Shown in pieces: positions 47,881 to 59,499 of a stretch of DNA of 64,000 nt. A program made the translations under genes and the position numbers. This stretch comes from Anthoceros angustus (lineage: Eukaryota; Plantae; Anthocerotophyta). The notes beneath the pieces are model-generated. The model made no database searches. It was not told where the DNA came from and saw only the letters and a list, made by a program, of their open reading frames with translations. Every line of letters starts with the position of its first letter. Position 1 is the first letter of the stretch. The stretch is from positions 186,001 through 250,000 of the forward strand of contig VJWM01000025.1 of assembly GCA_010909165.1 (NCBI GenBank), given 5' to 3'.

Positions 47881-48427
47881 ATGGATCATGAAAGGATGCG
47901 CAAGTGCTAGTACTGTGATGACCACACCCACACCAAATGCGGCATAGTCCAAACGGTTTTCTAGTGCAAGTACCCGGGAAATGACACCATTTGGGCATAG
48001 CCCAGACGGTTTTGGTTTCCAAGTTTCCCACACAAACAGGTGCGTTTTGTTTGCTTGGGTAAGGCCACCAGACGCATTTTGTGTGCTCAGGTAAAGGCAC
48101 CAGATGCATTTTGCGTTCTCAGGTAAAGCCACCAGCTGCATTCTGTGTGCTTCTGCTAAATCCGTCTACAATTACCACCTTCCAGAATGAGAAAGAGAGC
48201 CTCATTCCAAGTTGAGCATCTCTGTTATGAATGGAAGGTGGATCAGTGTTCAGCCGTCCACGTGCCCGTCTCCGATTCGTGTTATGATCGGAGGTAGATC
48301 AGTGTTTGGCCATCCATGTCCATGTCTCAGGGATGGAGTTAAGCAAAAGCACATTCCACCCTCCACAAGACAAGAAGCAGTTTTCTCTGGCGCGCACCCG
48401 TGAGCGATGGCTGGTACTTCATTGTTC

Positions 48428-51010
48428 TCAAGGTCGACCCTGACAACTGCAAGAACCACCTGTGAATCGATGCACACGGTACCCATCCCTCACAACAATG
48501 TCTCTCTGTTCAAGCCTTGACATGATCTCCGTGGAACTGTGGCAGTCACCGCACATGCGTAGATTCTTCGTCACCACCAGAGGTGTCCCACTCAGGTGTT
48601 CAAGAGACCAAACGCCAGAGCTAGCTTCTCAGCATGCCCACAAAGCACATCTTCCTTTTCCTTCTCACACAGTGGCTTCAACACCAACTTTGTGTGAGGT
48701 CCTCCTTCCTGCTTCAGACGTGCATTCGTGCTCTCTACCTTAAGCAATATCATCTCTTCTTTCTCCCACCAAATCTATGTACCTGCTTCTTCACCTCAAT
48801 GGTCGCCATTGCAGGTTTCTTGTTAGCTCCTGCCACCATTCTCCGTGTTTCAATCCTGTCTACATCGGTCCACCTACCTGCATCTGCGTAGGCATTAGCC
48901 ATGAGCACGTACGCAGACGCCCTTTGAGGGTCCAGCCTAATAATGCTTTCAAAACACCACATCGCCCGCTCTATGTCGCCGTAACACTTGCAGGCATTCA
49001 ACAAAGACCTCAACCCCACAACCTTACTTTCGCCCTCACAAGTCAGTAACATCTTCTGTGCCTCTTCCAAATGGCCTGCACGCCCGAGAAGATCAACCAT
49101 GCAGGTGTAATGCTCAATACCAGGTTTGATGCCATGCTGTTCAGCCATGGAATCAAAGTGCTTGCGACCATCGTGGACCAGTCCCGCATGACTGCATGCT
49201 TCTAGAAGGCAAGTAAAAGTAACACCATCAGGCTGAATGCCGGCAACTAACATCTCCTCAAAACAAGCTAGTGCTCTGTGACCATCATCACAGGTACCAT
49301 ACCCAGATATCAGGGCATTCCATGTCACCACATCCTTTGTGGCCAAGCTGTCAAAAACCCGGCGTGCAGCTTCCAGTTTGCCACATTTTGCATACATGTC
49401 CACCAGGCAGTTGCCCAACACTACGTTATCCAGCAGTCCTCTTTCAACAATCAGTGAGTGCAGCTGCCTGCCCTTCTGTAAGGCACCAGTGCTTGCACAG
49501 GCCTTCAGAAGGCAAGCAAAAGTAACATTAGCCAAAAAGAGGCCTCCTCCATTTGTCCATACACAACAAGCGCCTCCGAGTCCTTGCTGCAGCAATCAGG
49601 GCATTCCATGTCACCACATCCTTTGTGGCCAAGCTGTCAAAAACCTGGCGTGCATCTTCCAGTTCACCACATTTTGCATACATGTCCACCAGGCAGTTGC
49701 CCACCAGTATGTCATCCAGCAGTCCTCTTTTGACAATCTGTGAGTGCAGCTGCCTGCCCTTCTGTAAGGCACCAGTGCTTCCACAGGCCTTTAGAAGGCA
49801 AGCAAAAGTAACATGGTCAGCCAAAATCAGGCCCTCTTGCTCCATTTGTCCATACACAAGCGCCTCTTGGCTGAGCCCTTGCTGTGCAGCAATCAGGGCG
49901 TCCATGTCACCACATCCTTTGTGGCCATGCTGTCAAAAACCTGGCGTGCATCTTTCAGTTCGCCACATTTTGCATACATGTCCACCAGGCAGGTGCCAAC
50001 AAACAGGTCAGGAGGAATCCCACTGTGCAGCACATCAGAGTGCACTTTTCTGCCAGTTTCCAAGTCGGCAGCAAATGCACAAGCCTGAAGGGCAGCTACA
50101 AAGACATGCCCATTGGGCTTCAATCCTGACCTACGCATCTCATGGTACAGTTGTATGGCCTGTTCAGGCATCCCATGCTTTGAGTATGCGGACATCATGG
50201 AAAAGCACAAGAAGACATTTGGTTTCCCCACCCTGGTGAACACATCCATGGCCTCCTGCAGCCGACCTCCACATGCATACATGCGCAAAATATGGTTCCC
50301 CAAGTACGCATCCGACTCGTACCCAAGTTTGACAATGAGGTCATGAACTCGTCGCCCCACAACTACATCCTTCTTAGCTGCACACAGTTTTAGAACGGTG
50401 TAAAACAGAGGCTGAAATAGCAGTCTGTCTGCGCCAGAGATTCCAGGGCTCCAACGGCGTCAGAAAGCTTCCCCTGCTGACATAACGTGCGCACGGTTCC
50501 AGCTGTTACGACTCCCATTTCCGATCCTCCACGCCTGCCAGGTTCAGGCTTATCTGGAGAGGTGGAGTTAGAAGGAGAGGCACCATGACCCATCTGCATA
50601 TCCAAGGAAACTAGCTGCCCATCAACCCAAGCTGGCTTACACATGCTGTTTAACCACAGGACCTTGCCGGACCCCTTATGACGGAAGTCAGGGGAGCGGG
50701 AGCTCTTCTTATCTCGTCTGTTGTCCAACCACATGGCAGGGTCCAGAAACAATTGTTGCCACAAGAGCTCCGGCTCCGGCTCCGGCTCCTGCTCCTGGCA
50801 ACGACCATCGCTGGAAAATCCGTCCCCACCCACATACTTCCTTGGAAGTGCAAGTGCTGGGCTCCTTAGACTGCTGAACCTGGAGGCTTGGTTGTGTGCC
50901 TGGGGTTGACTCCCTACCGTGAGATGAGCGGGAGCTCCCTCCAGTGGGATCCCTGTGCACACACCACTTTGTTGGGTCCACAACGTGTCCGGCTCCCATA
51001 CTGAGGCCAT
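48428..51010 (-). CDS. PDF-PPR-DYW:KP (GRP) paralogue, unit E
   Basis: MASVWEPDTLW...[48 protein letters not shown]. Three DMYAKC repeats. E1/E2, KKPAMATIEV, HAEK region and terminal GGSCSCQGRP*. Several single-base frameshifts. Confidence 0.88.
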
Positions 51011-52309
51011 CGTGCAGGGACCGCTGTCGGACGGTGAAATCTTACCAGAGACAATGGCAGAATGCCCAGGTACTGTGCATGACCACACCATCGTGAAGAC
51101 GGTTGTTCTCTATCCATGGCAAGAGACACCAAAACAAAACAAGTGGGACATGGTCGAACATGGCTGCCATTACCGTCTGCTGTCGGCCACCGGAAAATAC
51201 AGCAAGAGCCAAATAAGGCAAATAGTAGGTGACAATGCTTGAACAGAATGGAAGGACGAGGGCAGTGGGCCAGACGCTTTCGTGCTGGCCAAACAGCCTT
51301 GGGCGAACCCACAAGCAGAGCCCCCCTGCCCTTCAAAGGTTGCGCCTTTTTCCAGTGAGCAAACCATGGGTGCTTTGTGGCGCATGTTGCGAGTCTCCCT
51401 TAAAGACATCACGTATTGTGGCTTGCAGAGTGGAGGAGAAGTGGAAAGGATTGACTTTGGCTTCAAGATTGCACGATCGAAGAAGCAAAGGGAAGTGAAA
51501 CGAAGATCAGGTGCCAAACAACAATTCAGAGGCCAGAAGGCTTGGAAACAAGAGTGCAAGAATTGATCATCTCATCTTCATTGTTTTTAACACAAAATTG
51601 TAAACCCAATGTATCGCAATTGCTGCGCTGCAAACTGTGCCCTTCTGTTGGCAACCCACCAACCACAACATCCGCATGGATCCTGACGGTGCCCGCTGAT
51701 GGAATGACGTCACCAGTAGACCCCGTTGACACAGAATTGATGAAGAGCACACATTTGCATCCACCCACATTGCTCAATTAGCAGCCAAAATATTGAAGTT
51801 ATGGTAGAGTACATACTTAGGGTATAACTTAGGGTTTGGTAGGCCGATTCGTTGGGTTTCGTGAAGGACTCAAAACCTACCACTGGCACCGACCGCCTCT
51901 CCTGTCAAACACACCAGGTGGTGTACGTAGCTGGATGAAATTTCACCTCTACTGACCACGCACACAAGCGTTCCTATAGGTAGACGAATGCAGAGCCCCC
52001 TGGATCCTCCATATTCCACCCATTGAATCCAGGGGAGACAAAAAATTCCCGCCAAGAAGCACTAGTCTGCTCCACCATTTGAACTATCATGGGTGCTTTG
52101 GTAGTTAGCTGCCAGCCTGGCTAGAGAAGGCCAGGCAGTTCGCATCGCATTTGCTGACAGATGTATGGACTCCACCTCGGCGAAGTTGATACTGTAAAAC
52201 CTGCTCATGAAGTGCAGGCCAGGCCTGTTAGTGTACTCCTAGTAATATTCCTAGCATGTCCCGTGTGAAGGCTGAAAAACAGGAAAGGGCAAAGGCCTCA
52301 TTGGGTAAT

Positions 52310-53050
52310 ACATACCATGCTCAGGTAAAGCCACCAGATGCATTTTGTATGCCCAGCTGAAGCCACCAGATGAATTTTGTATGCTTGTGCTAAATCCTTC
52401 CAAAATGAGAAAGAGGGCCTCATTCCATTCTGATTATCTCTGTTATGGATGAAAGGTGGATAAGCGTTCAGCCATCCACGTGCATCTCTCCGATTCTGAT
52501 AATTGGTGTTATGATCAGAGGTGCCGGGCCACTCGGCGGAATGTTATGCGGGCCATTTAGAAGAGGCAGGGAATATGCTATTGTGCTGGCAACTACCATC
52601 TCCTCAAAACAAGCGAGTGCTCTGTGACCGTCATCACAAGCTTGTACCATACCCAGATATCAGGCCCTAGGGCATTCCATGTCACAACATTGTTTGTGGC
52701 CAAACTGTCAAAAATCCGGCGTGCACCTTCCAGAATTCACCACATTTTGCATACATGTCCACCAGGCAGTTGCCCAATACTACTCTATCCAGCAGTCCTT
52801 TCTCAACAACCTGTGCGGGCAGCGGCCTGCCCTTCTTTATGGCACCAGTGCTTGCACAGGCCTTAATGCAAGCAAATGTAACATTGTCAGCCAAAATGAG
52901 TCCCTCCTACTCCATTTGTCCATACACAACAAGCGCCTCACCTCCGAGCCCTTGCTGGTCATACCCAGCAATCAGCGCCGTCCATGTCACCACATCCTTT
53001 GTGGCCAAGCTGTCAAAAACCCGGCGTGTCCACCACGCAGGTGCCACCAA
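52310..53050 (-). pseudogene. PPR fragment (unit F) joined to the family 3' flank, with the E/DYW region deleted
   Basis: [29 protein letters not shown] and [14 protein letters not shown] are followed directly by a flank homologous to 48060-48290. Confidence 0.65.
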
Positions 53051-54199
53051 TATGTCATCCAGCAGTCCATCCAAAAGGGTGTAGACTTCCAGCTCTGCAA
53101 CTTCATCGCAGAGAGGGTCCAGGAGGCCATTTGAAGACTAGTGCAGTTGTAAGCAAACCTGCAACCCTCTGGCCAGCTGAAGAATATTATTGGAAGCAGA
53201 CTACCTCGTCATGAATTCATGTGGCTGCAGGCCTGCCTAGGCGTGTCACATAGACATGTACACCGTCAGCTGGAGCCCCCAGCCGTCCCTTTGATCAGCA
53301 TACTGGGATCACTCCCGGGCCATGGCCAGTTCGCGGAGCCTCCAGGGCGACCCTTGTCCCTGTCCAGCCAAAAATATATCGGCTTCGAATTCGGGATGGG
53401 AATCCAAGCTGAACCTTGCTCTCCTCCGACCAAAGGATATCGATAACGATGCTGCCGGCGCCATCCAGGCTACGATTCCAGCTGCCTTCTGCGATTCCGC
53501 CTCCTAAAGCCATGTAGGCGTTGCAGGCGCATGGCATTGCCCGCGAGTGGATCGCCTCACATCTTTAAATTACTTCAATCGCGCAATCAGGCTACATGCT
53601 TGGTCCCACTGGTGTGATGAGGCCAGACTCATGGTCTACCTACATATATATTGTATCGTTTCTTGACCAGGACTAGGACCAGGACCAGGACCAGGTCTCG
53701 GATCCTCAAGACTATGAAGCCTTGTGTCAGTCGAGTACTGTACCATCTTGGATGCCCGGCTACGCCTGCACCACACGCCGGCTTCGCCCTAAACGCGTTG
53801 AGGGCGAAGTCAAGAGATATTTCGGGTGTAGGCCAGCCAGCTGCTGCTGCAGGCGAGCTGGAGCTGATAGGACTATAAGCAAGGTAGAGGCGGACGCAGC
53901 AGACCAGGCCCTAGCCTCTGGACCCTAGGTCGAGGGGCGCATCCATGGATGTAGTCGTGCGTGTGACAGAAGTCTTGGAGCTCTGCCAGGTGATCGCAGA
54001 AAGGGCTCAGGAGGCCATATCGCACAAGGAAACCTGCAACGCTCTGGCAAAACTTGTGAATTGCTTAAGTAGGTACCTCAGGACAGCTCGCTCATGAATT
54101 CATCTTCTCTTCGTAACATAGTACTGTGCTCGACTACTGACTTTGTAACCTGCTGACGGAATTGTATCCATCCTGTACATGTGTGCTCTGGACAGGGCC

Positions 54200-57100
54200 T
54201 GTTAAGCTCAGAGGCGGTGAAGAGTACCAAAAAACTTTGCCTTACACAGCCTGCCTGTTCTGTCGCAGGTTCTCCATTTATATCCACAGCCATGGCGGTG
54301 GCTCGTCTGATACATCGTATCGGGCAAGGTATATATATGTGTATGTTGCCTAACACTGTATATCGCCTAACAACTCACCCGGGGATGAAGTGGTTTCGGC
54401 CTCGAAGCACGGGAGGCATGGTAGGCAGCAAGGCGTCGTCACAATGGGAAAGGTTGCGGCGGCTCCCGGTGGCCTCGATAGAGGATAGCCGGCAGATCGA
54501 GATATTCAAGGCAGTTTCGGTGGTGCGGTGTTTGAGGATGCGGTCCACTTCATACATGGGTTTTCCAAGTCCAAGACGGGTGGAGGTCGGGAAGGGAGGG
54601 GCCTAGGAACGGCTTTAGCAGGAAGTGTGAAAGGCGTTGTGGCACTTGTAGGAAGGAGGAAGGGCGAGGCGATAGGCCGGGGCCGATGACTGTCACGGAA
54701 AAGGTCCGATCCATCGATCGGCCAATTTCCGGATCCAGATCCAAGGAGTGGGGTAGAAAGCAGTAGACAATAGCACCGATCGCCAGGAAAATGTCAGTGG
54801 TCGTCGATGGCGGTTGGTTTGTAGGATCTGCCGATTTTGTGCCTCAAACACATGTTGCCGAACTTCTGAAGAACTGAGCCATTGGAGGAAGTCCATGGCA
54901 TGTCTTGATCGGTGACCTGTTAACATGGTCTGGGATGAAATCCATAAAGAGCAAAAAGGGTGTTGTTCTGTCTTTGGCATTCTTAGAGTTGTTGAAAGCA
55001 AACTCGCTAAATGTAGATATTGCTCCCATTTTTCCTGAGTCTTGACATATGCTCGAAGAAGATCTTCAATGGTTTGAATAGCCCGCCTGTAGCTCCATCG
55101 GTCTGGGTGGCTTCTTTGTTGATAGATACAATTTAGTTTGTAGTCCATGATGCATAGCTTGCCAAAGCGAGAAGTAAACCGGGGTCCCGATCACTTACTA
55201 TCTTGTGAGGCAAGCCATGGAGCTGTAGATATAACGAAGGTATAGCTCACCGCATCCATCGCTGAACATGCTTCGTAGTGGGGGCTAAGTGGATCATTCT
55301 CGTAAGTTTGTCGGTAAACACAAGGGCGCATCATATCCACAGGGGTCAAAGGTAAACCCACTCGAAATCAAGAGTGACTTGCTCCACGGAGTAAGGGAAT
55401 GGGCATAGGCTGAAAGACCGGTACCTTAGTCAGGGGCCTTGATCCGTTGACAAATGCCACAAAGATGGATCCAAGTAGTGACATCATCGCCATTTTTCCC
55501 GATAATACCGTGCACGCAAGTTGTAAAGTGTACGGTGAATGCCTGATGTCTGGAGGGAGTCTCATGAGCCTCACGAAATAGTATAAAGGCGAACATGTGG
55601 TAGTGGAGGAACATAAAGCCTACCACGAAATGAAGAAGACATTCGATTGAGTCCATGCGGTTCCGGTATCCATAACTAGAGCATCCTTAACAGCAGTGCG
55701 ATGTAGCGCAAGGAACTCATCGATCCGATTTCCTTGTACATTAATAGCGGTAGTAATAGTTGTTAAGCGAGGCGGGGCATCGCACACGATTCTTCACGAA
55801 ATATGTTGAGCGAAAAGTTGTATTCTTTGGAAGTGCTCCTGAGCACACTTCCTACTCAAATGTGTTTGAGTTTGAAGATATTCGATGGCTCGTGATCCGT
55901 CTCTAAAATGAATGGGGTGCCCTCCGGACACCACCTCCATTCCTTGAGAGCTAAAACATGTGCCAAGGTTTCCTTTTCATGGGTGGTCGATTAAGTTCAG
56001 CCCCTTTCAACTTGCGACTAAAATATGCTATAGGTTGTCGCCCATGACCTCTATCTTCTTTTAACCACGGCCGATGGCAACATCAAGCATTAGTGACTAT
56101 AAAGAAATCTTGGGTCGGGTAGATGAGCACGAGGCGATTAAGGATCTTGAGGTCTTCAAATGACTCCATTGTTGAGCCATGTCCACATTGCGCCTTTTGA
56201 GTTAACCCGTGAGGGGCTGCGATGGGAAAAACGCTCTATAAATTTCGTAGTAAGATACTAAGCCGAGGAAAGATTGAGCGTCACAGACGGATCTAGCAGC
56301 CATTTTGTACTACACATACCTTTTAGGGTCCACTCGTATCCCATCTGCTGAAACTATGTGTCCAAGGTACTCTATCTTTGATGCGAATTCACCGCCGTTT
56401 CTTTGTATGAATAGCTTCATCTCCGTAACCTAAGCGGGACTTCTCGTAGTAAAGTAATATGCTCCTCTACTGTCTTGCTGTAGATGAGTATATCATCTAA
56501 ATAAACCAACACCCCTTTCCTGATTAAATCACGCATAGTGTCGTTCATCAGTTGCTGGAAAGTAAAAACGTAATATGCTCCTCTACTGTCTTGCTGTAGA
56601 TGAGTATATCATCTAAATAAATCAACACCCCTTTCCTGATTAAATCACGCATAGTGTCGTTCATCAGTTGCTGTCGTTCAGGACGTGCAGGCGTGGTTGC
56701 GGGGACGAAGGAGTTGGCCAAGGGCTGTGTCTGACACGCTTCGGCAATAGGAATTTGAAGCAGCCATGGGGGCTGGCGTGGATGCTCGGCGGCTGCCGCA
56801 GTGTTGCCTCAAATGAAAGGATTGCCCGTTGGACGGGCATCGGTGGCCAGTTGCTCACCTTGAGCAAGCGTTACGGCCTTGCAAATCCGCCAGGACCCTA
56901 TGTCACGGCTTCAAGGTATGGAAAAGGTAAGGGATCAAGGCGAGCGATGGGAAAGAGGAGCGAGGCGTGGATAGCTGGATTGATCAAGTGAAAAGAAAGG
57001 TAGCCTTCGTTGGTGCCCCACCTCTGCAGTAGATCAGCGGCGGATTTTTGCGGGGAACGCCCAGGTGGCTACGGCGGTCAGTGCACACGGGGAGCTTGCC

Positions 57101-58186
57101 GACTTCATAGATTTAGATGAGTTTTTGATAGCCCTCCTAACCACGTTTGTTATAATGGAGGTCGGAGAGTCGCCCAGAGATAAATTAGTGGCAGTGCAGG
57201 AGAGGAAGGTGTTGTTGAATACAATCGTGAGTTTTTGGAGCTGGTGATGGCCATACCCGTGAAATGAGCGAGAAACACGAGGCCGCTTCCTCGAGGATTG
57301 AAGTTTACAGTTCGCAAGAGGTGAAACTACGGGCGCGGACATTGCGATGATGCAATGACACTAGCAACGAGCAGATGCCCTTTACTACGGTGCGATGCGA
57401 GGATAAGGGATGGGACCGAGGGCTACGTGGAGGGCGAGACTTCTAGCCCTAGTTGCAGGCGGTGCCTATGGGCAAGTGATTCAAGAATTTCGAGGCCGAT
57501 GTTTTAATTGTAACGAATGGGGGCCTGAGCTAGTGTGTGCCTCCGTGCTAGGAGCAGGCTCGAGGCAAGGCCAGGCGGCAATACCACTACTACGAGGAGC
57601 ACAGTTGAATGAGATAGTAGGTATGGCGGGGGTGGAGACCCAAAGGCCAAACATGGGCATGGCCCGAGGGGAAGCGGCCATAGCCTTTGGGAGATTAGCC
57701 CCCATCCAAGGCGAAGGGTGCGAATCTCTACGTGTGCGGGGAAGTGTGAATTCACGCTTACGACAATATTTGGACACATAGTTTCGGCCGGATGGGATCT
57801 GTAGTGGACCCTAAAAGGTATGTGTAGTACAAAATGGCCAAAGGTGCCTAGACTGTCCGGGCGTTCAATCTTTCCTCGGCAAATCTTACTACGTGAAATT
57901 TATAGGCGTTTTCCAGCCAGGCGACCCCTACGAAGTTAACTCAAAAGCGCAATGTGGACATGGCAGGCTCATGGAGTCATTCATTTGAAGACCTCAAGAC
58001 AGCCTTAATCTACTGATACCGATTGTTAAGCTGGGCGGTGAAAGTACCAAAAACTTTGCCTTACGACTGCCTGCTCGCAGTTCTCCATTTATATCCAGCC
58101 CATGGCGGTGGCTCGTCTGATACATCGTGTCGGGCAAGGTATACATATGTGTCCAGATGTTGCCTAACACTGTATATCGCCTAGCA
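54200..58186 (-). mobile_element. Ty3/gypsy chromovirus with ~170-bp LTRs and a rearranged interior
   Basis: LTRs at 54200-54372 and 58024-58186 (TGTTA...CA), flanked by GGCC (possible TSD). GGTATCAG (tRNA-iMet PBS-like) at 58013-58020. Minus-strand [19 protein letters not shown], RNase H, integrase and chromodomain YEVDRILKHR. Confidence 0.9.
56990..58010 (+). mobile_element. Inverted gag (with CCHC knuckle) plus duplicated RT-thumb segment inside the chromovirus
   Basis: Plus-strand GESPRDKLVAVQ gag-like segment and FRGRCFNCNEWG knuckle. 57740-58010 is an inverted near-copy of 56140-56380 (YLGHIVS..VDPK..VQSFLG..SFEDLK). Confidence 0.75.
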
Positions 58187-59276
58187 GGCCCATTCGAGAA
58201 GCACATCATCACGGGCGGCCCATGATGAGACCATAGTTGGGCGGCGGGTGGGAGAGCGAGCTTCAAAGGCAAAAGTGCTAGTGACCTGCTGCAGTTGGCT
58301 TGGTTTGACTTTTCAGCCTATTCGGCCAGAGGAGTTGAAGGAAGCGGAAGGAAAAATTCAAAACTATGTGTCATTCTCAACATCGCCTTGTCCATGCGAA
58401 CCGTAAGCTTGTTGTAAACCTTGGCGCTGCAGCATGCATCGCCTGAGTCCCCGACCAAAATCCATTGCCATATGATGTTCGTCACGGTGGCTGGTGTCCC
58501 TGCTTTTGGCCAGCAACATCAGAACCGGCAAGACGTATGGCTGCCACCGAATAATATGCCGCCATCCTGCCTCGGAGGCGTTGAACTCCGAGCCCGGGCA
58601 AAGCAAAGACTAGTACTTCCAGTCCCTCTGCGGCTCCGGATCCGTGAGCCGGCTTACACGGTCGGTGAACACGTGGTGTCGCCCAAATTGTTGTGCATCA
58701 CGTGGGGACACGATCCGCATCGGGAGTGGACTCATCGCAGTGATCGTGGTGAGTCTTCGCGGCCACTGCTCCGTGAGCAAGATCCCTTCCTTTCAAGAAG
58801 CGTTATGTAGGTCTTCTTGGAATGCTTGGCTTGGCTTGGCTTGAGATTGCCCGGTGTATATGTTCTGGGCCTTGCTTGGCGTTTGGAGAAGTGGCGTATC
58901 TCAAGATGGTGGTTTGGGCATGTCATCGGGACAATGAGGTGCAATCGCCTGGAAGGTATACCTTGTCTGCTACTGGACACAGCCACTTTGCACATCACAC
59001 CTTTGAACACGGAGCCGGTGGTCTCGACTTGAGACCAGGGGCAAAGAGGGAGCACTTCACGAAACTTGGCGCACCAACATGAAAGGTGGACGCGATGGTG
59101 GAGGGAGGCTGGACGTGGGGAGTTTGTCATTTCCCCAACGCAGCTTCAGCAAATCAACTTCTGCATGAGACAAACTGAGGATTACTGGAAGATGGGCTTA
59201 TATCTGGATGGGGTGCATGTGCGAAAGACCTCAGATCTGGCCTAGATTAGGAGGCACGAGACTTATGTATTTCTAG

Positions 59277-59385
59277 AGAAAATCTCTACAAAGCCCAAGA
59301 GTAAAGTGCGAGAAGTCTCTAAAAGCCTAAGAGTAAAGGGCAAGAAGTCTCTAAAAGCCTAAGAGTAAAGGCAAGAAGTTAAGTG
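59277..59385. repeat. ~31-bp tandem repeat x3 (AGAAGTCTCTAAAAGCCTAAGAGTAAAGGGC-like)
   Basis: Three imperfect adjacent copies. Confidence 0.75.
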
Positions 59386-59499
59386 ACCAATAAGATTCAA
59401 GACTGAGGCAGGCCAAGTCCAAAAAGCCCAAGAGTAGAAGGATAAGAAGTCAAGGGATCAACAGGATTCAAAGATCAGGCAGGCCAAGTCCAAGTAGGT

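Larger units (their letters stand above)
53945..58402 (+). pseudogene. Fragment of a gene with an N-terminal helical-bundle (MLKL/HeLo-like) domain, interrupted by the chromovirus
   Basis: MDVVVRVTEVLELCQVIAERAQEAISHKETCNALAKLVNCL at 53945. A putative exon at 58317-58402 has a TTTCAG acceptor and GTAAGC donor (EELKEAEGKI..CVILNIALSMRT). A paralogous fragment QLCNFIAERVQEAI..KQTCNPLA lies at about 53080-53175. Family assignment is by pattern only. Confidence 0.35.

Noticed and set aside
47387-47891. Poly-Arg, Ala-Asp, Ala-Ser and Arg-Leu repeat ORFs as real proteins
   Set aside because: All are frames of the (GCAGAC)n microsatellite. There is no independent support beyond the speculative unit-G reading reported separately.
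24559-51010. Calling PPR units A, C and E pseudogenes because of frameshifts
   Set aside because: The breaks are single-base indels concentrated in near-identical repeats and homopolymers, as expected from unpolished long reads. Unique N- and C-terminal parts keep long open frames.
53665-53695. (GGACCA)n short repeat giving an RTRTRT ORF
   Set aside because: It is a trivial microsatellite with no supporting context.
58470-59060. Protein-kinase-like words on the minus strand (GSVFKG..VAV, HRD..DFG) and AWMAP at about 53470
   Set aside because: Spacing is wrong (6 aa between HRD and DFG), the catalytic lysine and APE are missing, and the pieces lie in different frames, so chance matches cannot be excluded.
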